Positions 1 through 10,467 of a stretch of 64,000 nt of DNA are shown here, in pieces. The number at the start of each line of letters is the position of its first letter. Position 1 is the first letter of the stretch. The DNA is from an uncultured bacterium (GTDB lineage: Bacteria > UBA8481), in NCBI GenBank assembly GCA_964499705.1, contig CAZCME010000001.1:323243-387242 (forward strand), given 5' to 3'. The translations under genes were made by a program, and so were the position numbers. A model generated the notes under the pieces. It ran no database searches. It saw only the letters and a program-made list of their open reading frames with translations, and had not been told where the DNA came from.

Positions 1-966
1 CGTCGCCGCGGCGACCGCCGCCGACGCCGGGATCGTGACGAACCATGTCGTCACGATCTCGATGGCCTTGAACCACCGGACCGCCTTCATCCGGTCCGCG
101 GCGCCGACTCCCATGATGCTGGAGGAGACCACGTGCGTCGTGGAGACGGGACCGCCCATGAGGGCCGCGCCGAGGATGACCGTGGCGGAGGTCACCTGCG
201 ATGAAAAGGCGTGGATCGGACGGAGCCGGTAGATTCCGGATCCCACCGTCTTGATGATGCTCCAGCCGCCAAACGCCGTTCCCAGGCCCATGGCGGTGGC
301 GCAGCAGAAGATGACCCAGTAGGGAACGATGAATTCGGCGAGGTAACCGTAGGTCACAAGGACCATGGTGATGATGCCCATCGATTTCTGCGCGTCGTTG
401 GCTCCGTGAGACAGCGCGAGTCCCGCCGCTGAAACAAGCTGCGCGCGCTTGAAGACGACGTTGATCCGGGGGCCCTGGCCGCGGCAGAGAAAGGCGATGA
501 ACTTCTTGCAGACGTAGCCGATGGCGAGTCCGATGAGCGGGGAGGTGACGAGGACCGTGATGATCATGATCAATCCGTCAAGCTTCAGCTTGTCGAATCC
601 TACCCCCGCCCAGACGGCTCCGACGATACCTCCCACGAGCGCGTGGCTGGACGAGGAGGGAAGGCCCCACTTCCAAGTGATGAGGTTCCAAGCGATGGCG
701 CCGGAAAGCGCCGCAAAGGTGATCCAGACCGTGATGACGCTGGCATCCACGATTCCCTTGCCCATGGTTTTGGCGACGGCGGTGCCGAAGAGAAAAGGAC
801 CGATGAATTCGCAGGAGGCGGCGATGAAAAGAGCGGCCTCCGGCGTCATCGATCGCGAGGCGATCATGGTCGCAACGACATTGGCCGCATCGTGGAATCC
901 GTTGAGGAAATCGAAGACGATGGCGAGGATGACGACGATGATGACGACGACAAGTGCTGCGCTCAT
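1..966 (-). CDS. Inorganic phosphate transporter, PiT family (3' end runs off the window)
   Basis: Manual translation of the minus strand from ATG 966 (alternative ATG 981): MSAALVVVIIVVILAIVFDFLNGFHDAANVVAT...GLPSSSSHALVGG...SHGANDAQKSMG...PVSTTH. These are the two PiT signature repeats. Absent from the ORF track because it has no stop in the window. Confidence 0.93.
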   Translation of the reverse strand, partial: MSAALVVVIIVVILAIVFDFLNGFHDAANVVATMIASRSMTPEAALFIAASCEFIGPFLFGTAVAKTMGKGIVDASVITVWITFAALSGAIAWNLITWKWGLPSSSSHALVGGIVGAVWAGVGFDKLKLDGLIMIITVLVTSPLIGLAIGYVCKKFIAFLCRGQGPRINVVFKRAQLVSAAGLALSHGANDAQKSMGIITMVLVTYGYLAEFIVPYWVIFCCATAMGLGTAFGGWSIIKTVGSGIYRLRPIHAFSSQVTSATVILGAALMGGPVSTTHVVSSSIMGVGAADRMKAVRWFKAIEIVTTWFVTIPASAAVAAAT

Positions 967-1045
967 GGAGCCGATCAGCATAAACCCGGAGGGCTTGGAA
1001 TGTCAAAGGATTCGAGAATTCAGAATTCCCTGATCGTCGAGGATT

Positions 1046-1243
1046 AAACCACGAAATACACGAAACACACGAAAGAAAAGTCGGGGTTTGCAGGGAGGTT
1101 TGCCTGGCCTGGATTGGCCACAAATGGCCATGAATACATAATATATCTGTTCGAATTCCGAGCTCTTTACGGCCGAAATCGATTTGAAGTAACGAGTTCA
1201 TGGGAATCACGTTTTTTCGTGTGTTTCGTGTGTTTCGTGGTTT
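1046..1243. repeat. Inverted-repeat element with 9-bp tandem-unit arms (copy 1)
   Basis: aaaccacgaaatacacgaaacacacgaaa (1046-1074) matches the reverse complement of 1215-1243 at 28/29 positions; 140-bp spacer. Confidence 0.9.
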
Positions 1244-1416
1244 TGAATTTTTCCATGACAACTCCCTTCCCAACATCGGGGACTCACCCCTCCCGCATTT
1301 CTACTTTTAGGAAATCCGCGGTGGAAAATCGGGAGATGAGGCGGTGAGAGTCCCGCTGATACGGCCCGAATGTTGCAGACCTTACTCCGAGGGGCAATCG
1401 AATACGGAGGGCAGTT

Positions 1417-4400
1417 ATGGCTCGCAGAATGGTCACGATCGACGGGAATGAAGCAGCGGCGTATGTGGCGCACAGGACGAACGAAGTCATCGCCATTTAT
1501 CCGATCACGCCGTCGAGCGGGATGGGCGAGCTGTCGGATGAATATTCCGCGCGCGGCCAGAAGAACATCTGGGGCACCGTGCCCTCCGTCATCGAGATGC
1601 AGTCCGAGGGAGGCGCGGCGGGCGCCGTCCACGGTTCCCTTCAGGCCGGGTCCCTGACGACGACGTTCACGTCCAGCCAGGGCCTTCTGCTGATGATTCC
1701 GAACATGTACAAGATCGCGGGCGAACTGACATCCGCGGTCTTCCACATCGCGGCCCGCGCCCTGGCGACGCATGCGCTCTCGATCTTCGGAGATCACAGC
1801 GATGTCATGGCGACGCGTTCGACGGGATGGGGCATGCTCTTCGGGAACAACGTCCAGGAGGTGATGGACTTCGCGTGCATCGCGCAGGCCGCTTCGCTCG
1901 AGGCGCGCGTCCCGTTCATGCATATCTTCGACGGATTCCGTACGTCGCACGAGGTGCAGAAGATCGAGCTCCTCGACGACCTCGTGCTCCTGACGATGAT
2001 GGACGAGAAGCTGATCCGCGCGCATCGGGAACGCGGCCTGACGCCCGACCGGCCCGTGCTGCGGGGCTCCGCGCAGAACCCGGACGTCTTCTTCCAGGCG
2101 CGCGAGGCGGCCAACGGATATTACACGGGCGCGCCGCGGATCGTGCAGAACGTGATGGACAAGTTCGCCGCGTTGACGGGCCGCGCCTACAAGCTCTTCG
2201 ATTACTGTGGAGCTCCGGATGCCGAGCGTGTCATCATCATGATGGGCTCGGGATGCGAGACGGCGGAGGAGACCGTCGCGTTCATGAACGCGCGGCACAA
2301 CGAGAAGGTCGGTTTGTTGAAGGTCCGGCTCTACCGGCCTCTCGACGCATCGGCTCTCATCGGAGCCCTGCCGAAATCCGTCCGCAGCATCGCGGTGCTC
2401 GACCGGTGCAAGGAACCCGGCGCGGCCGGCGAACCCCTGTACATGGATGTCGTGACGGCGTTGGCCGAATCCGCCGAGGAGTGGCGCCTGCCGTTTGTGA
2501 CGATGCCGCGCGTGACCGGCGGCCGATACGGGCTTTCCTCCAAGGAGTTCACGCCCGCGATGGTGAAGGGCGTCTTCGATAATCTCGTTTCTCCTTCGCC
2601 GAAGAAGCATTTCACGGTCGGCATCCACGATGACGTGACCCGCCTCTCCCTGGACTGTCCGCGGACGTACAGCATCGGCGCCGACGACGTCGTGCGCGCG
2701 GTTTTCTGGGGTTTGGGCGCCGACGGGACGGTCAGCGCCAACAAGAACTCCATCAAGATCATCGGCGAGGATACTCCCAACTTCGCGCAGGGATATTTCG
2801 TGTACGACTCCAAGAAAGCCGGAGCGGTCACCATCTCGCATCTGCGGTTCGGTCCGCGTCCCATCAAGAGCACATTCCTCATCACGCGCGCGAATTTCGT
2901 CGCGGTGCATCAGTTCGGATTTCTGCGGCGCTATAACGTTCTCGATCTCGCCGACACCGGAGCCGTGCTCCTGTTGAACGCGCCGTTTCCCGCCGGCGAG
3001 GTCTGGGATAATCTTCCCCGCCCGATCCAGCAGCAGATCATCGCCAAGAAACTGAAGCTTTACGCGATCGATGCCTACGATGTCGCGAAGCGGACCGGAA
3101 TGGGTGTCCGGATCAACACGATCATGCAGACGTGCTTCTTCGCCATCAGCGGCGTGCTGCCGCGCGAGGAGGCCATCGAGCGGATCAAGGGCGCGATCAA
3201 GAAGACGTACGGCAAGCGCGGCGAGGCCGTCGTGAAGAAGAACTACGACGCCGTGGATGCGACGATCAGCCACCTCTCGCAGATCGAGATTCCCGCGGAG
3301 GCGGCGGGCCGGATCGAGCTGATTCCCGCGGTTCCGGAAAACGCGCCCGCCTTCGTGCGGGATGTGACGGGACGGATCGTGGCCGGCCTCGGAGACCAGC
3401 TTCCTGTCAGCGCGATGCCGGTCGACGGCACATTCCCGACGGGGACGACGAAGTGGGAGAAACGCGGCATCGCGCTGGAAGTGCCGGTGTGGGAGACGGA
3501 TCTCTGCATCGAGTGCGGCAAGTGCGTCCTCGTCTGCCCGCATGCCTGCATCCGGGCGAAGGCGTACGACGCGAAGCATCTCGAAAACGCGCCGGCGACC
3601 TTCAAGCACATGCCGGCGAAGTGGACGGAGCTGAAGGACAGGAAGTACTCGATCCAGGTCTCCACGGAGGATTGCACGGGATGCAGGCTCTGCGTCGAGG
3701 TCTGCCCCGCGAAGGACAAGTCGAATGTCTCCCGCAAGGCTCTCAATATGGCGGACGTCAAACCCATCGTGGAATCCGAGCGGACCAACTGGGACTTCTT
3801 CCTGAACCTGCCGGAGATGAAACTCTCCGGCGGCGAATTGAAATACAACAACGTGAAAGACGTCCAGTTGCTGAGGCCGCTCTTCGAATTCTCCGGAGCG
3901 TGCGCCGGTTGCGGCGAAACGCCGTATCTGAAGCTTCTCAGCCAGCTTTTCGGCGATCGCGCCGTCATCGCGAACGCGACGGGGTGCTCCTCCATCTACG
4001 GAGGCAATCTCCCGACGACACCCTGGACGAAGAACGCGGAAGGACGCGGGCCGGCGTGGAGCAATTCGCTCTTCGAGGATAACGCGGAGTTCGGGCTGGG
4101 AATGCGACTGGCGATCGACCGCCAGTCCGATTACGCCCGCGAGCTCGTGAAGCGATACAGCGCGATCCTCGGCGATGAGCTGACCGCGGGTCTTCTGGAA
4201 AATCGCCAGGCGAACGATCAGGAGATCGAGCAGCAGCGGATTCGAGTCGCGCACCTGAAGGAGAAGCTGAAGGGCCTGGACGAGCCCGCCGCGCGCGATC
4301 TGCTGGGAATGTCGGACGCGCTCGTGAAGCGGAGCGTCTGGATCGTGGGTGGCGACGGCTGGGCGTATGATATCGATTTCGGCGGCCTGGATCATGTGCT

Positions 4401-4989
4401 CGCCTGCGGATTGAACGTCAACATCCTCGTCCTGGACACGGAGGTTTATTCCAACACTGGCGGGCAGGCTTCGAAGGCGACCCCGATCGGCGCCGTCGCG
4501 AAGTTCGCCTCCGCCGGCAAATTGAGGCCGAAGAAGGATCTCGGCGCGATGGCGATCGCCTACGGTTCCGTCTATGTCGCATCCGTCGCGATGGGCGCCA
4601 AGGACGTCCAGACCGTGCTCGCGTTCCAGGAAGCGGAGTCGTACGACGGCCCCTCGCTCATCATCGCCTACAGCCACTGCATCGCCCATGGAATCGACAT
4701 TTCCAAGGGGCTCGACCAGCAGAGGCTCGCCGTCGCATCCGGCCAGTGGCCGCTGTACCGGTTCGATCCGCGGCAGGCGGATCGAGGAGCGCATCCGATG
4801 AAGCTCGATTACGCGGAGCCGAAGATCCCGGTGCGGAACTATCTTGCGAATGAAGCGCGCTTCGCGATGCTCGGAAAATCGAATCCCGAGGCCATGGAAC
4901 GATTCGTGACCCTGAGCCAGGAAGGCGCGCAGCAGCGCTGGAAGAAATACTCCGCGCTCGCGTCGCTGAAGCCCTCCGAGGAGAAATAA
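1417..4989 (+). CDS. nifJ: Pyruvate:ferredoxin (flavodoxin) oxidoreductase, homodimeric type
   Basis: [16 protein letters not shown], two ferredoxin motifs ([24 protein letters not shown]), [15 protein letters not shown] motif [17 protein letters not shown]. Confidence 0.97.
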   Translation: MARRMVTIDGNEAAAYVAHRTNEVIAIYPITPSSGMGELSDEYSARGQKNIWGTVPSVIEMQSEGGAAGAVHGSLQAGSLTTTFTSSQGLLLMIPNMYKIAGELTSAVFHIAARALATHALSIFGDHSDVMATRSTGWGMLFGNNVQEVMDFACIAQAASLEARVPFMHIFDGFRTSHEVQKIELLDDLVLLTMMDEKLIRAHRERGLTPDRPVLRGSAQNPDVFFQAREAANGYYTGAPRIVQNVMDKFAALTGRAYKLFDYCGAPDAERVIIMMGSGCETAEETVAFMNARHNEKVGLLKVRLYRPLDASALIGALPKSVRSIAVLDRCKEPGAAGEPLYMDVVTALAESAEEWRLPFVTMPRVTGGRYGLSSKEFTPAMVKGVFDNLVSPSPKKHFTVGIHDDVTRLSLDCPRTYSIGADDVVRAVFWGLGADGTVSANKNSIKIIGEDTPNFAQGYFVYDSKKAGAVTISHLRFGPRPIKSTFLITRANFVAVHQFGFLRRYNVLDLADTGAVLLLNAPFPAGEVWDNLPRPIQQQIIAKKLKLYAIDAYDVAKRTGMGVRINTIMQTCFFAISGVLPREEAIERIKGAIKKTYGKRGEAVVKKNYDAVDATISHLSQIEIPAEAAGRIELIPAVPENAPAFVRDVTGRIVAGLGDQLPVSAMPVDGTFPTGTTKWEKRGIALEVPVWETDLCIECGKCVLVCPHACIRAKAYDAKHLENAPATFKHMPAKWTELKDRKYSIQVSTEDCTGCRLCVEVCPAKDKSNVSRKALNMADVKPIVESERTNWDFFLNLPEMKLSGGELKYNNVKDVQLLRPLFEFSGACAGCGETPYLKLLSQLFGDRAVIANATGCSSIYGGNLPTTPWTKNAEGRGPAWSNSLFEDNAEFGLGMRLAIDRQSDYARELVKRYSAILGDELTAGLLENRQANDQEIEQQRIRVAHLKEKLKGLDEPAARDLLGMSDALVKRSVWIVGGDGWAYDIDFGGLDHVLACGLNVNILVLDTEVYSNTGGQASKATPIGAVAKFASAGKLRPKKDLGAMAIAYGSVYVASVAMGAKDVQTVLAFQEAESYDGPSLIIAYSHCIAHGIDISKGLDQQRLAVASGQWPLYRFDPRQADRGAHPMKLDYAEPKIPVRNYLANEARFAMLGKSNPEAMERFVTLSQEGAQQRWKKYSALASLKPSEEK

Positions 4990-4990
4990 C

Positions 4991-6004
4991 ATGGATCTCT
5001 CGACGTATTACCTGGGACTGAAACTGAAGCACCCGCTCGTCTGCGGAGCGTCGCCCCTCTCCCGCGATCTCGACGGCATCCGCCGCCTGGAGGATGCGGG
5101 CGCATCGGCGATCGTCCTGTTCTCGCTCTTCGAGGAACAGCTCACGGCGGAGGAGAATTACATCGACCACTATCTCACCTACGGCGGCGACAGCTCTCCG
5201 GAGGTCCAATCCTATTTTCCCGAGGCGGACAAATATCTCGTCGGGCCGGACGGATACCTGGAACTGATCCGGTCCGCGCGCGAGGCCGTCCAGGTCCCGA
5301 TCATCGCCAGCCTGAACGGCGTCTCCACGGGCGGATGGGTCGACTTCGCGCGGCGGATCGAGGAAGCCGGCGCGAACGCGCTGGAGCTGAACGTCTACTT
5401 CATCCCGACGCAGGATTCCATTTCCGGCGCGGAAGTGGAGCATGTGACCATCGATGTCGTGAAGGACGTGCGCGCCGCCGTGAAAATTCCGGTCGCCGTG
5501 AAGCTGAGCCCGTATTTCAGCGCGCCCGCCAACCTCTGCCGGCGCCTGGCGGACGCCGGCGCGAATGGACTCGTTCTCTTCAACAGGTTCTACCAGCCGG
5601 ATTTCAATCTCGAGGATCTGAGCGTTGTCCCGAACCTTCGCCTCTCCAGTCCGAACGAGCTGCTGTTGCCGTTGCGGTGGATCGCCGTTCTCTACGGCCG
5701 CGTCCAGGCGGATCTGGCCGTCTCCACGGGCGTGCATTCCGCCGAGGACGTCATCAAGGCTATGATGGCCGGCGCCCGCGCGACACTTCTTGTGTCCGCG
5801 CTGCTGAAAAACGGGATCGCCCGTATCGGAACGCTCCAGTCGGAAATCGCGGAATGGATGGCGAAGCATGACTACTACTCGATCAGGCAGATGCAGGGCA
5901 GCATGAGCCTCGGCCACGTCGCGGAGCCCGCCGCGTTCACGCGCGCGAACTACATGAAGATGCTCCAGTCCGTCACTCCCGACCCCACGGGGCGGATGGT
6001 CTAA
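4991..6004 (+). CDS. Dihydroorotate dehydrogenase-like flavoprotein (PFOR-associated type)
   Basis: [41 protein letters not shown]; starts 1 nt after the nifJ stop. Confidence 0.88.
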   Translation: MDLSTYYLGLKLKHPLVCGASPLSRDLDGIRRLEDAGASAIVLFSLFEEQLTAEENYIDHYLTYGGDSSPEVQSYFPEADKYLVGPDGYLELIRSAREAVQVPIIASLNGVSTGGWVDFARRIEEAGANALELNVYFIPTQDSISGAEVEHVTIDVVKDVRAAVKIPVAVKLSPYFSAPANLCRRLADAGANGLVLFNRFYQPDFNLEDLSVVPNLRLSSPNELLLPLRWIAVLYGRVQADLAVSTGVHSAEDVIKAMMAGARATLLVSALLKNGIARIGTLQSEIAEWMAKHDYYSIRQMQGSMSLGHVAEPAAFTRANYMKMLQSVTPDPTGRMV

Positions 6005-6164
6005 AGGAAAAACCTCATCACCGCAGGAATCTGACGGCCTCCGTCGATCGTTCCCGCCGGGAACGCATGTGAGAGTCGGAAGGCTTCATTCGTCATGTCG
6101 AGAAAAGCTTTCGATGTCGCGCGCGTCCTCCGATAACATCCGCGTGGTCATACAGGAGGACAAC

Positions 6165-6683
6165 ATGGTCAAACCGGTCATCAACATCTCGGAAGTGGAG
6201 CTTCAGCCGCGGCCTGCCGCGATGGCGGCGACGGGAGAGGCCGCCGGAAAATACGATGCGCGCATGGGGATGGTCGCGCCGCGCATCGGCGCCCGGAAGC
6301 TGGGATACAACGTCACCGCCGTTCCGCCGGGCAAGCGGGCATTTCCCTGCCACAATCACCTCGCCAACGAGGAGATGATCTTCGTCCTGGCAGGCGCCGG
6401 CGAAGTCCGCATCGGGGATGCGACCCATCCGATCCGCGTCGGCGATTTCGTCGCGTTCCCGCCGGGCGGCCGGGATACGGCTCATCAGGTGATCAACTCC
6501 GGAACGACGGAACTGAAGTATCTGGCTGTCAGCACAAGGATCTATCCTGAAGTCTGCGACTATCCCGACTCCGGAAAGTTCGGCGTCCTCGCCGAGCGCC
6601 CGTCAGGACCGGACGGGACCCCGGAGATGTTTCGTTACATCGGCCGCGAAAGCGGGGGCGTTAATTACTGGGATGGGGAGTGA
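6165..6683 (+). CDS. Cupin domain protein
   Basis: HNHLANEEM...AHQVIN cupin motifs, YPDSGK; AGGAGG RBS before ATG 6165. Confidence 0.85.
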   Translation: MVKPVINISEVELQPRPAAMAATGEAAGKYDARMGMVAPRIGARKLGYNVTAVPPGKRAFPCHNHLANEEMIFVLAGAGEVRIGDATHPIRVGDFVAFPPGGRDTAHQVINSGTTELKYLAVSTRIYPEVCDYPDSGKFGVLAERPSGPDGTPEMFRYIGRESGGVNYWDGE

Positions 6684-6752
6684 ATGCCGGGCGGCGAACT
6701 TCAGCAGGTAGCCCGCGGACAGATTGAATATTCCAGGCTATTTTCGAGGACA

Positions 6753-6780
6753 CGGATTCGAATTCAGGATTTCGAATCCG
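6753..6780. terminator. Perfect 10-bp hairpin at the convergent cupin / CoA-disulfide reductase junction
   Basis: CGGATTCGAA-ttcaggat-TTCGAATCCG; no clear U-tract. Confidence 0.4.
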
Positions 6781-8452
6781 TCTTCGGTTGCGCGCTTCCC
6801 GGCATGTCGATCCACGTCCTGTATCCGCCCGCCAGGTTCGACGCGTGGAAGCCCTTCTGCAACAGGGCGCGCGTGGCGTAGTAGCCGCGCTGGCCGACCT
6901 GGCAGAAGACGACGATCTCCCTGTTGCGCGGCAGCTCGTTCATTCTTCCGCGCAGCTCGGGAAGCGGGATGTTGACGGCGCCGTCGATCGATCCGGCCGC
7001 GAATTCGCCCGGCTCGCGCACATCCAGGAGCAGGGCGCCCACGGCGCGCCTGGCGTCGAGGTCGTCCCAGTAGGCGAGGGGGAGATCTCCGCGGAGGTGA
7101 TTCGACGCGATCATGCCCGCGATGTTGACGGGATCCTTCGCGGCGCCGTACTGCGGCGCGTAGCAGAGCTCCGTTTCCTCCAGGTCGTAGACCGTCGCGT
7201 GCATCTGGATGGCCATGGCGATGACATCGATGCGCTTTTCGACACCTTCCTCACCGACCGCCTGGGCTCCGAGAATGCGGCCGTCGAAACGGCGGAAGAT
7301 AAGCTTGATGTGGATCGGGCGCGCGCCGGGGAAGTAGCCGACATGATGCCCGGGATGAAGCCAGACTTTCTCGAAATCCGTGATGCCGGCGCGCTTCAAG
7401 GATTTTTCGGAGGCTCCGGTCATGGCGATCGTCATGCCGAAGGCGCCGCAGACCGCGGTCGCCTGGACGCCGCGAAAACGGGGATTCTTCCCGCAGAGCA
7501 CATCCGCGGCGATGCGGCCCTGGCGGTTGGCGGGGCCGGCCAGGGGCAGGGCGAGCCATGTGCCGGTCACGATGTCCTTCACCTCGACGGCATCGCCGAC
7601 CGCCCAGATGGCCGGATCGCTCGTCTGCATTCTCTCGTCAACGCGGATCCCGCCCCTTTCGCCGATCGTGAGGCCGGCGGCTTTCGCCAGCGTCGTCTCG
7701 GGGCGGACGCCGATCGCGAGAATCACCATGTCCGCGTCGAGCGCGATGCCGGACTTTGTTCGGACGACAAGCGCATTGCCGCTCGCTTCGAAGGATGCGA
7801 CGGCGTCGTCCAGATGCAGTTCGATGCCCGCCTTCCGGATCCGCTCCGCCACCGGCGCAGCCATCTCCGGGTCCAGTGGAGGCATCACCTGGTCCGCTCC
7901 TTCGAGAATCCGGACCGCAATGCCCCGGCCGTGGAGATTCTCGGCCATCTCCAGGCCGATGAAACCGCCTCCGACGATCACCGCTTTTTTCACCGCGCGG
8001 TCATCGATCCAAGACCGGATGCGCGTGCTGTCGGGGATGGTGCGGAGCGAAAAGATGCCAGGGAGGTCGATGCCGGGGAGATGCGGCCTGATCGGGGATG
8101 CGCCGGGGGAGAGAACGAGGGCGTCGTAGGATTCCCGCGCGACGGATCCGGTCCTGAGGTTTTTTACCTCGATCATCTGCTCCGCGCGATGGATCGCCAG
8201 AACCTCGTGCTCCGTCCTCACTTCGATATTGAATCGGTCGCGGAAGAGCTCGGGTGTCGCCACGAGCAGTTTCGCTTCTTCATGGATCACCTTGCCGACG
8301 TAATAGGGGAGGCCGCAGTTGGCGAACGAGACGTGCGGTCCGCGATCGAAGAGGATGATTTCGGAGGATTCGCAGTTACGCCGCGCGCGGGCCGCACAGG
8401 ATGCGCCGCCGGCCACGCCTCCGACGATGAGGATTCGCTTGCCTCTCTTCAT
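6764..8452 (-). CDS. CoA-disulfide/persulfide reductase with C-terminal rhodanese domain
   Basis: GGVAGG FAD motif, SFANCGLPYY active-site Cys, GGGFIGLE NAD(P)H motif, YAPQY, rhodanese LLDVRE...FCQVGQRG. Confidence 0.92.
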   Translation of the reverse strand: MKRGKRILIVGGVAGGASCAARARRNCESSEIILFDRGPHVSFANCGLPYYVGKVIHEEAKLLVATPELFRDRFNIEVRTEHEVLAIHRAEQMIEVKNLRTGSVARESYDALVLSPGASPIRPHLPGIDLPGIFSLRTIPDSTRIRSWIDDRAVKKAVIVGGGFIGLEMAENLHGRGIAVRILEGADQVMPPLDPEMAAPVAERIRKAGIELHLDDAVASFEASGNALVVRTKSGIALDADMVILAIGVRPETTLAKAAGLTIGERGGIRVDERMQTSDPAIWAVGDAVEVKDIVTGTWLALPLAGPANRQGRIAADVLCGKNPRFRGVQATAVCGAFGMTIAMTGASEKSLKRAGITDFEKVWLHPGHHVGYFPGARPIHIKLIFRRFDGRILGAQAVGEEGVEKRIDVIAMAIQMHATVYDLEETELCYAPQYGAAKDPVNIAGMIASNHLRGDLPLAYWDDLDARRAVGALLLDVREPGEFAAGSIDGAVNIPLPELRGRMNELPRNREIVVFCQVGQRGYYATRALLQKGFHASNLAGGYRTWIDMPGSAQPKTDSKS

Positions 8453-8464
8453 GGCGACAAGGTA

Positions 8465-8824
8465 TCAGGTTTCGGAAGAGAATTCCTCGTCCAGCCCGTC
8501 GAAGAAATACAGCACGCGCGGGCAGCGATCGGGATAGCGGGCGCATGTCTCGAAGCTGCCGTTGATGCAGCAGTTCCTGAGTTCGCGCGTTTCCAGCGCG
8601 GAGTGAAAGGCGCGGGCGCCCAGGAGCTCGACAAAAGCCTCCAGGCACGGGCAGAGAAAGGCTCCATACACGCGGATTTTGTTGCGCGGAGCGGTATCCA
8701 CGTGAAGCACAATCTCATTTTCGATCAGCTCCATCTTCGTCATGTGGCCTACGAGCGGGCAGCATACCTCGTCCTCGCGGCATTTGCAGGGATGATGCGA
8801 CTTGCTATCCGGCAGCCTCGACAT
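8465..8824 (-). CDS. Small Cys-rich hypothetical protein (10 Cys in 119 aa)
   Basis: CKC, CCP, CPC, CCINGSFETCARY, RCP; start overlaps the Crp gene end and the stop lies 12 nt before the reductase start. Confidence 0.65.
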   Translation of the reverse strand: MSRLPDSKSHHPCKCREDEVCCPLVGHMTKMELIENEIVLHVDTAPRNKIRVYGAFLCPCLEAFVELLGARAFHSALETRELRNCCINGSFETCARYPDRCPRVLYFFDGLDEEFSSET

Positions 8825-9485
8825 AGTTATTTCCATTGACCAGCTCCTCCAGACCTTTCCTGTCCAGGACGACGATCTCCTGAGGCTTGATGTCGATCAG
8901 ATTCATCCGCTTAATCTTGTTCAGATGGCGGCTGGCGGTCTCCCGGGCCACTCCGAGGCGGCGGGCGAGCTCCTCCTGCGAGAACTTTACCGGGTTATTA
9001 AGGAGAAAATGCGCCACACGTTCGAAGCTGGGCCGCAGCGAAATATCCTCGATAAGAGCGGTGCAGGAGCGGACCTTGTGCGCCAGATGCGAGCAGAGAC
9101 GCCCGGGGAGAGAGGGGATCGTCGCGAAGAGGCGCGCGAAGCTGTCGTTGGAGATCGCGAAGACATGGCAGTCGGTCAGCGCTTCGCCGTGCGCGGAACA
9201 GCAGAGGCTTCCGCCGTCGCACCCGTTCATCTCGGGAGGATGGCAGGAACAGGTATCGCCGGGTCCCAGGGTATCGATGATCTGTTCCTTACCGGTGGAA
9301 GACAACAGGGTCAGCTTGACGCTTCCGGAGCGGATGAAAAAGCAGTGGCTGCAGGGATGGTCTTTCAGAAAGAGCGATTGCCCCTTCTGATAGTGCCGTT
9401 CCTTCCAGAGGGACTGGATGAGCCCCTGTTCCTGTTCGGTCAGATTCGCGAAGAGCGGGAAGTCGGCGGCCTTAGAACGATCCAT
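8805..9485 (-). CDS. Crp/Fnr family transcriptional regulator, Cys-rich
   Basis: cNMP-type beta-roll (FIRSGSVKL...GKEQII...GPGD) and C-terminal HTH SQEELARRLGVARETASRHL; GAGGTG RBS before ATG 9485. Confidence 0.9.
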   Translation of the reverse strand: MDRSKAADFPLFANLTEQEQGLIQSLWKERHYQKGQSLFLKDHPCSHCFFIRSGSVKLTLLSSTGKEQIIDTLGPGDTCSCHPPEMNGCDGGSLCCSAHGEALTDCHVFAISNDSFARLFATIPSLPGRLCSHLAHKVRSCTALIEDISLRPSFERVAHFLLNNPVKFSQEELARRLGVARETASRHLNKIKRMNLIDIKPQEIVVLDRKGLEELVNGNNYVEAAG

Positions 9486-9656
9486 GTGACACCTCGATTC
9501 CCTGCTGAACCATGACGGCGGTTCGGCGGGAGAAGGAACCATCGGAGGCGGGATGGGCTTCGAAAAGCCGTCCGCCGCGATCCCTCCAGATTCCTCCATC
9601 CTCATTCGCCACATTTTGTATTCGTCCTATTGTGGCGTAGGGCACGCCCTGATAGC

Positions 9657-9672
9657 TGTGAGGAAAGTCACC
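9657..9672. promoter_or_regulatory. Crp-type operator candidate
   Basis: TGTGA-GGAAAG-TCACC, about 170 bp upstream of the Crp/Fnr gene. Confidence 0.4.
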
Positions 9673-9689
9673 CGAGCTTGTATTATTTT

Positions 9690-9821
9690 TCACGAGACGT
9701 CCGATGGGTTGGTTGAACATGTTTTTCCTTCCTCCTTCAAGTCGAGCCAGATGTCGTAAGCGAGAATAATTCCGTAGGCGCAGATGAACGCCATAGTCAG
9801 ATACTGCATATCAACTGTCAT
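9690..9821 (-). CDS. CcmD-like small membrane peptide (43 aa)
   Basis: Manual translation MTVDMQYLTMAFICAYGIILAYDIWLDLKEEGKTCSTNPSDVS: one hydrophobic helix with Tyr residues and a charged tail, overlapping the ccmC stop. Confidence 0.55.
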   Translation of the reverse strand: MTVDMQYLTMAFICAYGIILAYDIWLDLKEEGKTCSTNPSDVS

Positions 9822-10467
9822 GATGTATGCTCCCCATGCGTTTCCTCGCGAAGTAAAAAGCGAGGATGAGAAACGCGGCGGTGTTGGCGAAGACGGTATT
9901 CCGGATTGCCGGATCGCTGAAGAAACCTCCGCCCGATGTCGGATGACCGATCGCGCCCCAGATCTTTATCGAGAAGAAGACGACGGGCACGTCGAGGAAA
10001 GCGACGATCGAGAGAACGGCGCTGTAGCGCGCGCGCTTCTCGGGATCGTCGATCGCGGTGCGGAGGATGAGGTAGCCGAGATACATGAGCCACAGGACGA
10101 GAAACGACGTGAGGCGCGGCTCCCATGTCCAGTAGCTGCCCCAGGCCGCGCGTCCCCATATGGGACCGGTCGTTATGACGATGGAGGCGAAGATCCAGCC
10201 CGCTTCCGCGGTGGCCGCCGACAGGGCGTCCCAGCGCGGGCTGCGGTTGCGGAGATATCCGCAGGCGGCGACGAAGGAGACGAAGAGACAGAGAAAGGAG
10301 ATCCACGCCGCGGGCACATGAAAGTAGAAGATGCGGAAGGCATCGCCGAGCGGTGTGCCGTCGGGGCCGGCCATCGGCGGAGCATAGCCGAGCGACATGA
10401 AGATGCCCGCCAGAAGGGACGCCGCCGCGACGTGGCGGCCGATCAGGTTGCAGGTACAGGAATTCAT
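9811..10467 (-). CDS. ccmC: Heme exporter / cytochrome c biogenesis protein CcmC
   Basis: IFYFHVP, tryptophan-rich WGRAAWGSYWTWEPRLT, C-terminal GHP. Confidence 0.88.
   Translation of the reverse strand: MNSCTCNLIGRHVAAASLLAGIFMSLGYAPPMAGPDGTPLGDAFRIFYFHVPAAWISFLCLFVSFVAACGYLRNRSPRWDALSAATAEAGWIFASIVITTGPIWGRAAWGSYWTWEPRLTSFLVLWLMYLGYLILRTAIDDPEKRARYSAVLSIVAFLDVPVVFFSIKIWGAIGHPTSGGGFFSDPAIRNTVFANTAAFLILAFYFARKRMGSIHHDS

Noticed and set aside
1207-4992. 1261-aa antisense ORF and similar long shadow ORFs (6788-8839, 14660-16444, 46663-48231, 53177-55246, 58538-61159)
   Set aside because: They lie opposite well-supported genes, lack motifs, and are expected from high-GC codon bias.
9472-9720. 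82-aa ORF between the CcmD-like peptide and the Crp gene
   Set aside because: It has an SD-like sequence but no recognisable motif, overlaps both neighbours and contains a candidate operator; it cannot be supported as coding.
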